This document shows, in pieces, positions 1-7,585 of a DNA stretch of 16,802 nucleotides (position 1 is its first letter; every line of letters starts with the position of its first letter). Made by a program: the position numbers and the translations under genes. The notes under the pieces are model-generated. The model saw nothing but the letters and a program-made list of their open reading frames with translations. It searched no databases and was not told the DNA's origin. Source of the DNA: Chthoniobacteraceae bacterium (GTDB lineage Bacteria; Verrucomicrobiota; Verrucomicrobiia; Chthoniobacterales; Chthoniobacteraceae); NCBI GenBank assembly GCA_031409655.1, contig JANNXQ010000132.1, positions 1 through 16,802 on the forward strand. Reading direction: 5' to 3'.

Positions 1-63
1 GTTTGTGCGGATTGGAATTGCTTGCGGAGAATATGGCAGCGGATAGGCGTTGGGAATGGGAGT

Positions 64-459
64 TCATCCTTCATTGCGTTGTGTTGTCTCGCCGAGTTGT
101 GGAGCGTAAGCGGAAAAGCGCCGGATCGTTGCGGTGCAAAAGCCCGCCTTGACGACTGGGTCGTTCTTTAGAATTTGTTCGGCTTCGCTTCGGTGCATAC
201 GTTGCAGAATTGTTATCGTCTCATGCGTTCCGTCTTGGAAGACGCCCGCGACAAGCACTTTTCCGGCTTTGCGGTTGGCGACATCGTAGTCCTGTTTGGC
301 CATCCATACCGGCGATGGAATCTGGCCGTGAAGCTTCATTGTAATCGCGAGGCACTCACGGGGATCTGCGGCTGGTGCGGAATCCTGAGCAACTACGAGA
401 CATGTCGCAAGCGTGAGCACTGCGATAGACAATGTGGCTAATAAGTGTTTGGAGTTCAT
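64..459 (-). CDS. Cassette gene: secreted YciI-like (dimeric alpha/beta barrel) protein
   Basis: N-terminal signal peptide (MNSKHLLATLSIAVLTLATCLVVAQ). The segments AGKVLVAGVFQDG and EAEQILKNDPVVKAG match the YciI family pattern (GxLxxAGPF ... EAxxxxxxDPxxxxG). It follows the attC R' site in array orientation. Confidence 0.7.
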   Translation of the reverse strand: MNSKHLLATLSIAVLTLATCLVVAQDSAPAADPRECLAITMKLHGQIPSPVWMAKQDYDVANRKAGKVLVAGVFQDGTHETITILQRMHRSEAEQILKNDPVVKAGFCTATIRRFSAYAPQLGETTQRNEG

Positions 460-600
460 GGGAGTTTATTGGTTTAGCTACGCTTGGAGGTCCGAGGATG
501 CGTAATACGGGCAGAGGGCGTGAAGTAAGCGCGTAGATTGCAGAACGCGTGTTGTGCTGGATATCTTTTGCTGGGTCTTCGGGTCGGAGTTGCTGCTGAC

Positions 601-725
601 GGCGAACGACCAGCTCAGCGACAGCTCAGGAGGCCGGGCATGAGCGAGGAGCCGGGTAATCGAGTTAATGCGGAGCGACGGCGCGAGCCGGAGCGGAGCT
701 GTTCGCCTGCAGCGCTCTGCTCTGC
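601..725 (-). other. attC recombination site
   Basis: The minus strand reads GCAGAGC-AGAGC-GCTGCAGGCGAACAGCTC ... GAGCTGTCGCTGAGC-TGGTC-GTTCGCC. It has R''/L''/L'/R' boxes, 5-bp spacers and complementary arms with extra unpaired bases on the L'' arm. R'' is degenerate (AGC instead of AAC). Confidence 0.8.
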
Positions 726-814
726 CCTGGGAAGAGCGGCGCTAGCGCATGACGCAGCGGTGGCTGCGGCGGAGGTGCGTGATGCGCGGTCGATGTCAGG
801 GCTTAGCATTAGAT
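724..814 (-). other. Degenerate or truncated second attC directly abutting the first
   Basis: Minus strand: ATCTAAT (R''-like, 814-808), spacer GCTAA, then GCCCTG ... CAGGGC outer arms. The inner stem GCGCATGACGCA (745-756) / TGCGTGATGCGC (776-787) pairs at 11 of 12 positions. No GTT R' box follows its L' arm. Confidence 0.5.
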
Positions 815-1167
815 GTAGCTGGTGCATCGTCCGAAAGACGACCAAAACCAACGATCACTCGTTGCTCTTCCGGGTGCTCGGGAAGGTAATGAGAAAGCTG
901 AAAGCAGCATTTCTCAACGGGAAGGATGATGTTGTCGTATCGGTCGTTGCTTGTAGGAGCGACGCACATCTGGACGAGGCTATCTCCAAGCGCCATGATG
1001 TAATGAACAGTGTGAACGCCAAACGGCGTGGCGATGACAAGCCGAACTGTCCAACCAGGCTTGCATCCGTGCTGAAACGCAATCCAAGTCGATTCAATAT
1101 TGCGGACACACTCTTCGGCTTTGGTTTTCCTTTGCTGGGTTCTAATTTCAGGCATCATGAAGCGCAT
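796..1167 (-). CDS. Cassette gene: hypothetical protein (start may be 1158 or 1155)
   Basis: 123-aa ORF in array orientation. It runs through the R''-like box (ACA TCT AAT = TSN) and stops inside the attC arm, as cassette ORFs often do. The PEEQRVIVGF tail loosely recalls DUF6173-like proteins (unverified). Confidence 0.6.
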   Translation of the reverse strand: MRFMMPEIRTQQRKTKAEECVRNIESTWIAFQHGCKPGWTVRLVIATPFGVHTVHYIMALGDSLVQMCVAPTSNDRYDNIILPVEKCCFQLSHYLPEHPEEQRVIVGFGRLSDDAPATSNAKP

Positions 1168-1522
1168 TGAATATATGGTTGGAGGACTGGATGAAGAATG
1201 GGGGCCAGAGGACGAGCAAGCTCAGCTAAATAAGCTGGGGGCCGTTGGGTGGGAATTGGTATCTGTAGTGAGAAGGAACTGCCCGAAGAAGAAATGGTGT
1301 GTTTACTATTATCTCCGGCGCGAAATTGTTTCTAACAGCAGTGACCTCGTTAGAGGTGACTGCGCTGACTCAAAACGGGAGCCGCGCGAAACAAGGCAGA
1401 GCGACTGGATCATGAACAGGAATGCTGGAGTTTCACAACGTCTTTATAGCGTACAGATGTGTTGGTTTACGACGGGGGTATGGGTGGCTGGGAGTGGGTT
1501 TAGTGCGAAAATAGTGCGGTAG
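1157..1522 (+). CDS. DUF4177-like small protein, inverted relative to the array, with a C-terminal read-through tail
   Basis: From ATG 1157: MKRIEYMV...QAQLNKLGAVGWELVSV...YYYLRRE matches the DUF4177 pattern (EYKV...LNxLGxxGWELV...YFKR). Recognisable similarity ends at about 1325, just before TTCTAAC at 1330-1336. Confidence 0.7.
   Translation: MKRIEYMVGGLDEEWGPEDEQAQLNKLGAVGWELVSVVRRNCPKKKWCVYYYLRREIVSNSSDLVRGDCADSKREPRETRQSDWIMNRNAGVSQRLYSVQMCWFTTGVWVAGSGFSAKIVR
1330..1366 (-). other. Candidate attI / first-cassette junction (core G|TTAGAA at 1336-1330)
   Basis: A GTTAGAA core sits on the - strand, and its TTAGA is complementary to the TCTAA of the R''-like box at 808-814. An inverted CTCTAAC lies 12 bp upstream, with a short hairpin at 1337-1366. 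The spacing is non-canonical, and other GTT candidates exist at 1417, 1439 and 1527. Confidence 0.4.
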
Positions 1523-1572
1523 TCAACAATATGGTTTGATGCGAGGCGCGGGGGCGTAGTATTTCAGGTGAA

Positions 1573-2547
1573 ATGAACAAAGCGACGGCCCCTTCTCCCA
1601 AGCTCGAAGACCAGCTCCGGGGGGCGATCCGGCTGAAGCATTTCTCGATCAAGACGGAGGAGTGCTACGTGGGCTGGTATCGGCGCTATGTGCATTGGCA
1701 TGGGAAGCGGCATCCGCGGGACCTGGGGGCGGCGGAGGTGGAGGCCTTCCTCACGCATCTCGCGGTGAATCGCGGCGTGGGGGCGGTGTCGCAGAATCAG
1801 GCGCTTTGTGCCCTGGTCTTCCTGTACAAGGAGGTGCTGAAGGTGGAGCTGGAGGGGATCAAGGCGCTGCGGGCGAAGCGCTCGCCGCGCCTGCCGGTCG
1901 TGCTGACGGTAGCGGAGGTGGGCGAGCTGTTGCGGGCGGTGCAGGGGGAGGCGGGGCTGGTCTGCAAGCTCCTGTATGGGTGCGGGCTGCGGCTGGCGGA
2001 GGGGCTGCGGCTGCGGATCAAGGATGTGGACATGGGCGGGGGGAAGGTGGAGGTGCGCGGGGGCAAGGGGGACAAGGACCGGGTGATCCCGCTGCCGAAA
2101 TCGGTGCGGCCGGCGCTGGGGGAGCATCTGGCGCGGGTGGAGATGATCCACGCGGCGGATCGCAAGGTGGGGTTGGCGGGGGTGTACCTGCCGGATGCGC
2201 TGGCGGTGAAGCAGCGGAAGGCGGGCGAGTCATTGCCGTGGTTTTGGGTCTTTCCGTCGTACGGGCTCTCGGTGGATCCGCGCACTGGAGTGGAGCGGCG
2301 GCATCATCTGCATGAGATCAATGTCTCGCGGGAGCTGGCGCGGGCGGCGAAGCTGGCGGGGCTGAAGAAGCGGGTGACGGCGCATGTGCTGCGGCATAGC
2401 TATGCGACGCATCTTTTACTCCGAGGGGTGGATATCCGCTCGATCCAGGAGCTGCTCGGCCATGCGGATGTGCGGACGACGGAGGTCTATACGAAGCTGG
2501 CGCGGGCGATGCGGGGGGAGATTACCAGTCCGTTGGATGATTTGTGA
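1573..2547 (+). CDS. intI: Integron integrase (tyrosine recombinase)
   Basis: Catalytic motifs YGCGLR, GGKGDKDR, HVLRHSYATH, LLGH and TTEVY. The IntI-specific insertion (GVYLPDALAVK...WFWVFPS...SVDPRTGVERRHH) and the N-terminal IRLKHFSIKTEECY...HP region are present. Confidence 0.96.
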   Translation: MNKATAPSPKLEDQLRGAIRLKHFSIKTEECYVGWYRRYVHWHGKRHPRDLGAAEVEAFLTHLAVNRGVGAVSQNQALCALVFLYKEVLKVELEGIKALRAKRSPRLPVVLTVAEVGELLRAVQGEAGLVCKLLYGCGLRLAEGLRLRIKDVDMGGGKVEVRGGKGDKDRVIPLPKSVRPALGEHLARVEMIHAADRKVGLAGVYLPDALAVKQRKAGESLPWFWVFPSYGLSVDPRTGVERRHHLHEINVSRELARAAKLAGLKKRVTAHVLRHSYATHLLLRGVDIRSIQELLGHADVRTTEVYTKLARAMRGEITSPLDDL

Positions 2548-2653
2548 CGGAAGAGAAAGCAGTAAGGGGAGAGCTTTTATCAGAGAGGGCATCGCCGGGA
2601 GCGATCGAATCGGCTTCGATTCCGGGGATGCGGAGGGGGGTGCCGATTTTTTA

Positions 2654-2818
2654 CCTCGTTGCGAAATTGAGGATTTCGCAATGGAAGTCTGCCGGGGAAG
2701 CTGAGCTTCGTGGCATGTGGCAGGTCGAGAGATGATTCGGGAGAAACCAACGCCAGGCCGCGAAGCGAAGCTTTCGGCGCAAGATCGGCATTTCCAAGCC
2801 GTCAGTTTGGAAACGAGG
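2654..2818. repeat. 165-bp REPIN/MITE-like multi-hairpin repeat, copy 1
   Basis: Terminal inverted ends CCTCGTT...AACGAGG. Hairpins TTGCGAAA/TTTCGCAA, GAAGCTGAGCTTC and TTTCCAA/TTGGAAA. Colinear with 3626-3790. Confidence 0.85.
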
Positions 2819-3030
2819 AGAAAAATCGGGACTGACTTCCACGTGATACTTCTTCTCGAGCAGCACCTGAATTTGAATTCGCTGGACTACGCCCGAGGTG
2901 ATCGCTGTTTCGGACGCTCGGGGAATCCGGCGCCGGGCTCAGCCAATCATTCCTTCCGCCGCCTCAAAAGCCGAGCTGGCCGTTGCCTTGTTCACGTTGA
3001 ACTCCGCTCGGAGTCATGTGGAGTTTTTTG

Positions 3031-3501
3031 CTATTCGGGCGGGGTGTCGGATCGTTGGATTCGGATGCTCTTGATCGTCTCGAAGATGCCGCACATGCTT
3101 CCCACGCAGCCGACGATGAAGATTGCGGCGGTAACCTTGACGGCACCCTCTGTCCCGAAATGCTCGTAGGCCATCGCGATGAGCGAATGAATGCGGACGT
3201 GGTCGACGCGGCCCGCATCGAGCGCGGAGAGATCCTCACGGATGAAGCGACAGACCCTGGGGCCGCCCCAGATCATGCCGACCAGGAAGGCAACCTGAAT
3301 GATGAGGACAGTGTATCGCTTCCTGAGTAGCTGGGAGAACGCGGCGGCGACGTCAATGTAGATCCCGCGATCTTGCGGCGGGGGTGCCGGGTTCCCCGAG
3401 TTGCGCCGCGTTTCGTGGAGGATGGCGCGGACGAGAAGGACGCCGAAGCAAAGGACAATCAACGCCGGCATGATCCAATCTGAAAGCGTGTCGGAGCCCA
3501 T
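3031..3501 (-). CDS. Hypothetical membrane protein (about 3 hydrophobic segments)
   Basis: 156-aa ATG-initiated ORF with hydrophobic stretches PALIVLCFGVLLV, YTVLIIQVAFLVGMIWGG and VTAAIFIVGCVGSMCGIF. No family recognised. Confidence 0.7.
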   Translation of the reverse strand: MGSDTLSDWIMPALIVLCFGVLLVRAILHETRRNSGNPAPPPQDRGIYIDVAAAFSQLLRKRYTVLIIQVAFLVGMIWGGPRVCRFIREDLSALDAGRVDHVRIHSLIAMAYEHFGTEGAVKVTAAIFIVGCVGSMCGIFETIKSIRIQRSDTPPE

Positions 3502-3625
3502 GTGGGATGGATGTAGCGCTTACTGCTCGAGAGCGCTCGCGCAGTCTCTCGTGCCCGAGAGGCTGGCGGGGTAACCACCCGCATGTAAAGCAGCGATTCC
3601 GGCGCCTCCGCGTCATCTGGTTCCC

Positions 3626-3790
3626 CCTCGTTGCGAAACTGGGGGTTTCGCAACGGAAACGGGCCGGTGAAGCTGCGCTTCGGGGCTGGGGGTTAGTCGA
3701 GTCGTGATTCAGGTAGTGGCCCGCCCCAAGCCGCGAGCAAAGGTTCTGCCGCAAAGTCGGCATTTCCAAACCCTCAGTTTGGAAACGAGG
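3626..3790. repeat. 165-bp REPIN/MITE-like multi-hairpin repeat, copy 2 (direct orientation to copy 1)
   Basis: CCTCGTTGCGAAAC-TGGGG-GTTTCGCAACG ... GAAGCTGCGCTTC ... CATTTCCAAAC-CCTCA-GTTTGGAAACGAGG. Same length and block order as 2654-2818. Confidence 0.85.
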
Positions 3791-3844
3791 GAATAGCGAA
3801 ATCCGCGCCGGGCAGTGAGCCGCCCGTGGCGTTCAGGACTGAAC

Positions 3845-4366
3845 TCACTCCGACTCTTCTGGCTCGGCCTTTGGCGCGGGCGTGAGGTTTACCAGATTGG
3901 CAACACCGGTCGGGGCGGCGCCGGTCATGAGCTCGCGCAGTGCGGCGACATCGAGGCGGTCTTTTTCGCGGGAAGATGGGGCCTTTAAGGCGATGAGGGC
4001 TTCAGGATCGAGGTAGCGCACCGCGACGGTGTCGATTTCGAGCCGGCGAGCCGTGGCGGCGAAGTCCGCAAAGGTGCGACTGCGCATGACCGTGAAGAGG
4101 TCCAGAGTGAAATCCTCGATGACGCGGACGGCGCCCTCCTCCGGCGGAAAGTCCTCCGGGGACAGCTCGCGCGCGAAGCCTTCTCCGAAGCTCGCGAGGC
4201 AGGAAAGCAATCGACGGAGATTGGCGGGCGAGGCCTCCACGAGGAGGTCGAGATCCTGCGTGGTGCGCACGAAGCCATTGAGGCAGACGGCGACGCCACC
4301 GGCGACGAGGTAGTCAACCCCGGCGCGGCTGAGCTTGACCAACAGACTTTCGAACGTTTCGGGCAT
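3845..4366 (-). CDS. Nucleotidyltransferase-family protein (DUF6036/AbiEii-like, pol-beta superfamily)
   Basis: YLVAGGVAVCLNGFVRTTQDLDLLV matches the GGxA...GxxRxTxDxD NTase motif. The C-terminal LIALK...REKDRLD is typical of this group. Confidence 0.85.
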   Translation of the reverse strand: MPETFESLLVKLSRAGVDYLVAGGVAVCLNGFVRTTQDLDLLVEASPANLRRLLSCLASFGEGFARELSPEDFPPEEGAVRVIEDFTLDLFTVMRSRTFADFAATARRLEIDTVAVRYLDPEALIALKAPSSREKDRLDVAALRELMTGAAPTGVANLVNLTPAPKAEPEESE

Positions 4367-4487
4367 CGGGTGCGGGAAGCTGGACGCCCAGGCTCCGGAG
4401 ATTGTCGTTTAACGCCTGCAACTCGCGCAGGGCATTAGCCTGTCGCGGACGGCCCACCTGTTTGCGGATGTGTTCGCCGAGTCCCAT
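4314..4487 (-). CDS. Small hypothetical protein upstream of and overlapping the NTase (possible antitoxin-like partner)
   Basis: 57-aa ORF from ATG 4487 with an amphipathic helix (NALRELQALNDNLRSL). It is co-directional with the NTase and overlaps its start by 53 bp. Confidence 0.4.
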   Translation of the reverse strand: MGLGEHIRKQVGRPRQANALRELQALNDNLRSLGVQLPAPDARNVRKSVGQAQPRRG

Positions 4488-4606
4488 CAAGGTCAAGGGT
4501 TGGAGTGCATCGCGTGGACAGTAGCGAGCGGCGCGTGAGGGTGCAAGAGCCTGGAAACCGGCGCGGGGAGAACTACGCGACGAGGTCTGAACGGGCCGAG
4601 CCGCCT

Positions 4607-4921
4607 CGGCTGGGGCAGGTTTTGCCGGTATCGGGGGCTGTTCAGCGGGTGACGTGGCTTGTTTTGTCCACGACAGAGCCGGTTCGAGGGGTGACGTGGT
4701 CGGTTTTGATCGTGACAGCGTCGGTTCGATCGCGGACGTGGTCAGTTTTGCCCGTGACGGTTTCGGTTCGAGCGCTTACGTCATCGGTTTTGCATCTGAC
4801 GGCGCTTGTTCGATGGCTGGCTGCCTCGGTTTTACCAGTGACGTGAGCGGTTCTGCCGGGTGCTGTCGAAGTTTGGCCGCTGACGTTGTGCGTTCGATGG
4901 CTGACGGCGTCGGTTTTGCGT
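4607..4921. repeat. Degenerate tandem array of 15 x 21-bp units with a 42-bp higher-order period
   Basis: Gap-free 21-mers such as GTGACGTGGTCGGTTTTGATC and GTGACAGCGTCGGTTCGATCG. GTT is at positions 13-15 in all 15 units, and the following bases alternate between TTG-like and CGA-like. Confidence 0.85.
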
Positions 4922-5017
4922 CTTGCGCGAGACTTTCGCGAGCGAGCGGGGCCGGGTAGGTAGGCGGGACGGCGCGGAAGGACGGCGCCTTTGGGTGAGC
5001 GGGGGCGGGGTGGGGCG

Positions 5018-7585
5018 TTAGGGGGTGAAGGTGATCTTGCCGTCGCGGGCGTCGGCGGTGATGGTTTGGCCTTCGCGGAAGGTGCCTCCGAGGATTTGCA
5101 GGGAGAGCGGGTCGAGGAGTTCGCGCTGGATCACGCGCTTCAAAGGGCGGGCGCCATAGACGGGGTCGTAGCCTTCGCGGGCGAGGTGGACTTTGGCGGC
5201 GTCGGTGAGGGTGAGGGTGAGCTTTTGGTCGGCGAGGCGTTTTTCCAAGCGGAGGAGTTGGATTTCGACGATGTGCGTGAGGTCTTTGTCGTTGAGGCGG
5301 TCGAAGATGACGATTTCATCGACGCGGTTCAGGAACTCGGGGCGGAAGTGGCCGCGCAGGCTTTCGAGCACGCGGGCTTCGCGTTGTTCGGCGTTGTTGA
5401 GGTCGAGGATGAACTGCGAGCCGATGTTGCTCGTCATGATGATGACGGCGTTTTTGAAATCGACGGTGCGGCCCTGGCCGTCGGTGATGCGACCGTCGTC
5501 GAGCACTTGCAGCAGCACGTTGAAGACGTCGTGGTGCGCCTTTTCGATCTCGTCGAAAAGGATGACGCTATATGGCTTGCGGCGGACGGACTCGGTGAGC
5601 TGGCCGCCTTCTTCGAAGCCGACGTAGCCCGGAGGCGCGCCGATCAAGCGAGCAACGCTGTGCTTCTCCATGTATTCGCTCATGTCGATGCGGACCATGG
5701 CGCCTTCGTCGTCGAAGAGGAATTCGGCGAGGGCTTTGCTCAGCTCGGTTTTGCCGACGCCGGTGGGGCCGAGGAAGATGAATGAGCCGATCGGGCGATT
5801 CGGATCTTGCAGGCCGCTGCGGGCGCGGCGCACGGCATTCGCGACGGCGGTGATGGCTTTGCGCTGGCCGATGACGCGGTGGCCGAGCCGCTCCTCCATT
5901 TTGAGGAGTTTGTCGCGTTCGCCTTCGCGGAGATTTGTGACGGGGATGCCGGTCCACGCGCTCACGACTTCGGCGATGTCCTGCTCGGTGACTTCTTCGC
6001 GAAGCAGGGAGTGGTGCTCGGTGCCGGAAGCGGGATGCTCGACGCTCGACGCGAGCTGGCGCTCGAGTTCCGGGATGCGGCCGTATTGGATCTCGCTGGC
6101 TTTGGTGAGATCGCCGCTGCGCTGCGCGCGCTCGAGTTCGGTGCGTGCGGCTTCGAGATGCTCCTTCACCTTTCTCGATTCATCGACGACGGACTTTTCC
6201 TTTTGCCACTGCGCTTTCAGTGCGGAGCTTTGTTCCTTGAGGTCGCCGAGTTCTTTCTCGATGCGGGAGAGACGCTCCTTGCTCGCCGCGTCCTTCTCCT
6301 TCTTCAGCGCCTGCCGCTCCATCTCGCGTTGCATGATCTCGCGCTCCACGGCATCGACTTCGGTGGGCATGGAATCTAGCTCGATCTTCAGGCGGCTCGC
6401 GGCTTCGTCCACGAGATCCACGGCTTTGTCGGGGAGAAAGCGGTCGCTGATGTAGCGATTTGAAAGGACGGCAGCGGCGACGATCGCGGCGTCCTGGATG
6501 CGCACGCCGTGGTGGACTTCGTAGCGCCCCTTCAGCCCGCGCAAAATCGCGATGGTGTCCTCGACGCTTGGCTCATCGACCTGCACTGGCTGGAAGCGCC
6601 GCTCGAGCGCGGCATCTTTCTCGATGTACTTCCGATACTCATCGAGCGTGGTCGCGCCGATGGTCCGCAACTCGCCGCGCGCAAGTTGCGGCTTGAGCAT
6701 ATTACTCGCGTCCACCGCGCCCTCGGCAGCACCCGCACCGACGATGGTGTGCAGCTCATCGATGAAGAGGATGACCTCGCCCTGGGATTCCGTGACTTCT
6801 TTGAGGAAGGCTTTGAGCCGATCTTCGAACTCTCCACGGAACTTCGCGCCGGCGAGCATCGAGCCGATGTCCATCGCGACGATGCGCCGATTCTTCAACG
6901 ACTCCGGGACATCGCCGCTGACGATGCGGCGCGCGAGTCCCTCGACGATGGCGGTCTTGCCTACGCCCGGTTCGCCGATGAGCACGGGATTGTTTTTCGT
7001 CCGCCGCGAGAGCACCTGCATGGTCCGGCGGATTTCATTGTCGCGCCCGATCACCGGATCGATTTTCCCGCGCCGCGCCAGCGCGGTGAGATCGCGCCCA
7101 TATTTTTCCAGCGTCTGATACTTGCCCTCAGGATTCTGATCCGTGACGCGCTGCGAACCGCGCACTTGCACGAGCGCCTGCATGAGTTTGTCTCGGGTGA
7201 TGCCGGCTTCGGTGAGCAGCGTTGCCGCGGCTGTTTTGGTGCGCATGAGCGCGAGCAGATAGTGCTCGGCGCTCAGGTACTCATCCTTCATCAGGGTCAT
7301 CTCACCCTCGGCGGCTTCGAGCGCGTTCGTGAGTTCGCGTCCGATTTGCACCTGGCCGCCGCGGGCTTGTGCGCGGCGGGAAAGCTCGGCCTGGAGCTTT
7401 GCTTCGAGCGGTTGCGGGGCGACGTTGAGCTTTTCCAATAAAGGCCGGGTCACGCCCTCGGGCTGCTGGAGCAAGGCGAGGAGGAGGTGCTCATTGGAAA
7501 TCTCGGCGTGGTGCTGTTTCGAGGCGAGGTCTTGGGCAGCTTGCACGGCCTCCTGCATTTTCTGGGTGAAGCGATCGGGTCTCAT
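5018..7585 (-). CDS. clpB: ATP-dependent chaperone ClpB
   Basis: 855 aa with a Clp N-domain, two AAA+ modules ([12 protein letters not shown] and [12 protein letters not shown]), a long coiled-coil middle domain, GAPPGYVG and GARPLKR. Confidence 0.98.
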   Translation of the reverse strand: MRPDRFTQKMQEAVQAAQDLASKQHHAEISNEHLLLALLQQPEGVTRPLLEKLNVAPQPLEAKLQAELSRRAQARGGQVQIGRELTNALEAAEGEMTLMKDEYLSAEHYLLALMRTKTAAATLLTEAGITRDKLMQALVQVRGSQRVTDQNPEGKYQTLEKYGRDLTALARRGKIDPVIGRDNEIRRTMQVLSRRTKNNPVLIGEPGVGKTAIVEGLARRIVSGDVPESLKNRRIVAMDIGSMLAGAKFRGEFEDRLKAFLKEVTESQGEVILFIDELHTIVGAGAAEGAVDASNMLKPQLARGELRTIGATTLDEYRKYIEKDAALERRFQPVQVDEPSVEDTIAILRGLKGRYEVHHGVRIQDAAIVAAAVLSNRYISDRFLPDKAVDLVDEAASRLKIELDSMPTEVDAVEREIMQREMERQALKKEKDAASKERLSRIEKELGDLKEQSSALKAQWQKEKSVVDESRKVKEHLEAARTELERAQRSGDLTKASEIQYGRIPELERQLASSVEHPASGTEHHSLLREEVTEQDIAEVVSAWTGIPVTNLREGERDKLLKMEERLGHRVIGQRKAITAVANAVRRARSGLQDPNRPIGSFIFLGPTGVGKTELSKALAEFLFDDEGAMVRIDMSEYMEKHSVARLIGAPPGYVGFEEGGQLTESVRRKPYSVILFDEIEKAHHDVFNVLLQVLDDGRITDGQGRTVDFKNAVIIMTSNIGSQFILDLNNAEQREARVLESLRGHFRPEFLNRVDEIVIFDRLNDKDLTHIVEIQLLRLEKRLADQKLTLTLTDAAKVHLAREGYDPVYGARPLKRVIQRELLDPLSLQILGGTFREGQTITADARDGKITFTP

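Larger units (their letters stand above)
1..2547. mobile_element. Integron (intI plus divergent gene-cassette array, continuing beyond the left window edge); no transposase in the window, so probably a sedentary chromosomal integron
   Basis: IntI-type integrase on + at 1573-2547. Short, visibly lower-GC ORFs lie upstream on the - strand, with attC structures at 601-814 also oriented on the - strand. This is the canonical integron layout. Confidence 0.9.

Noticed and set aside
1..60. Possible attC R'' (TCCCAAC on the - strand, 55-49) after the YciI-like gene
   Set aside because: No L''-like box at the expected 5-bp spacing, and any partner arm would lie outside the window, so it cannot be supported.
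538..1170. 210-aa + strand ORF
   Set aside because: It runs across both attC hairpins, is antisense to the cassette ORF, and has no recognisable motif.
1441..1456. Proteobacterial LexA box (CTGT-N8-ACAG) upstream of intI
   Set aside because: Only the ACAG half is present; the left half and the spacing do not match.
2589..2652. Hairpin(s) after intI as an intrinsic terminator
   Set aside because: Imperfect stems exist (GCATCGCCGG/CCGGGGATGC and GAATCG/CGATTC), but the T-run is about 15 bp away from the stem, so it is not a convincing terminator.
2820..3030. Short - strand peptide GVVQRIQIQVLLEKKYHVEV as a gene remnant
   Set aside because: It is too short, has no clear start, and any resemblance to known proteins could be chance.
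2654..3790. The 165-bp repeats as attC sites
   Set aside because: Their ends read GTT...AAC, the reverse of the attC AAC...GTT arrangement. They have no L boxes and lie on the wrong side of intI.
4607..4921. CRISPR array
   Set aside because: Units are contiguous degenerate 21-mers with no constant repeat plus unique spacer structure, and there are no cas genes in the window.
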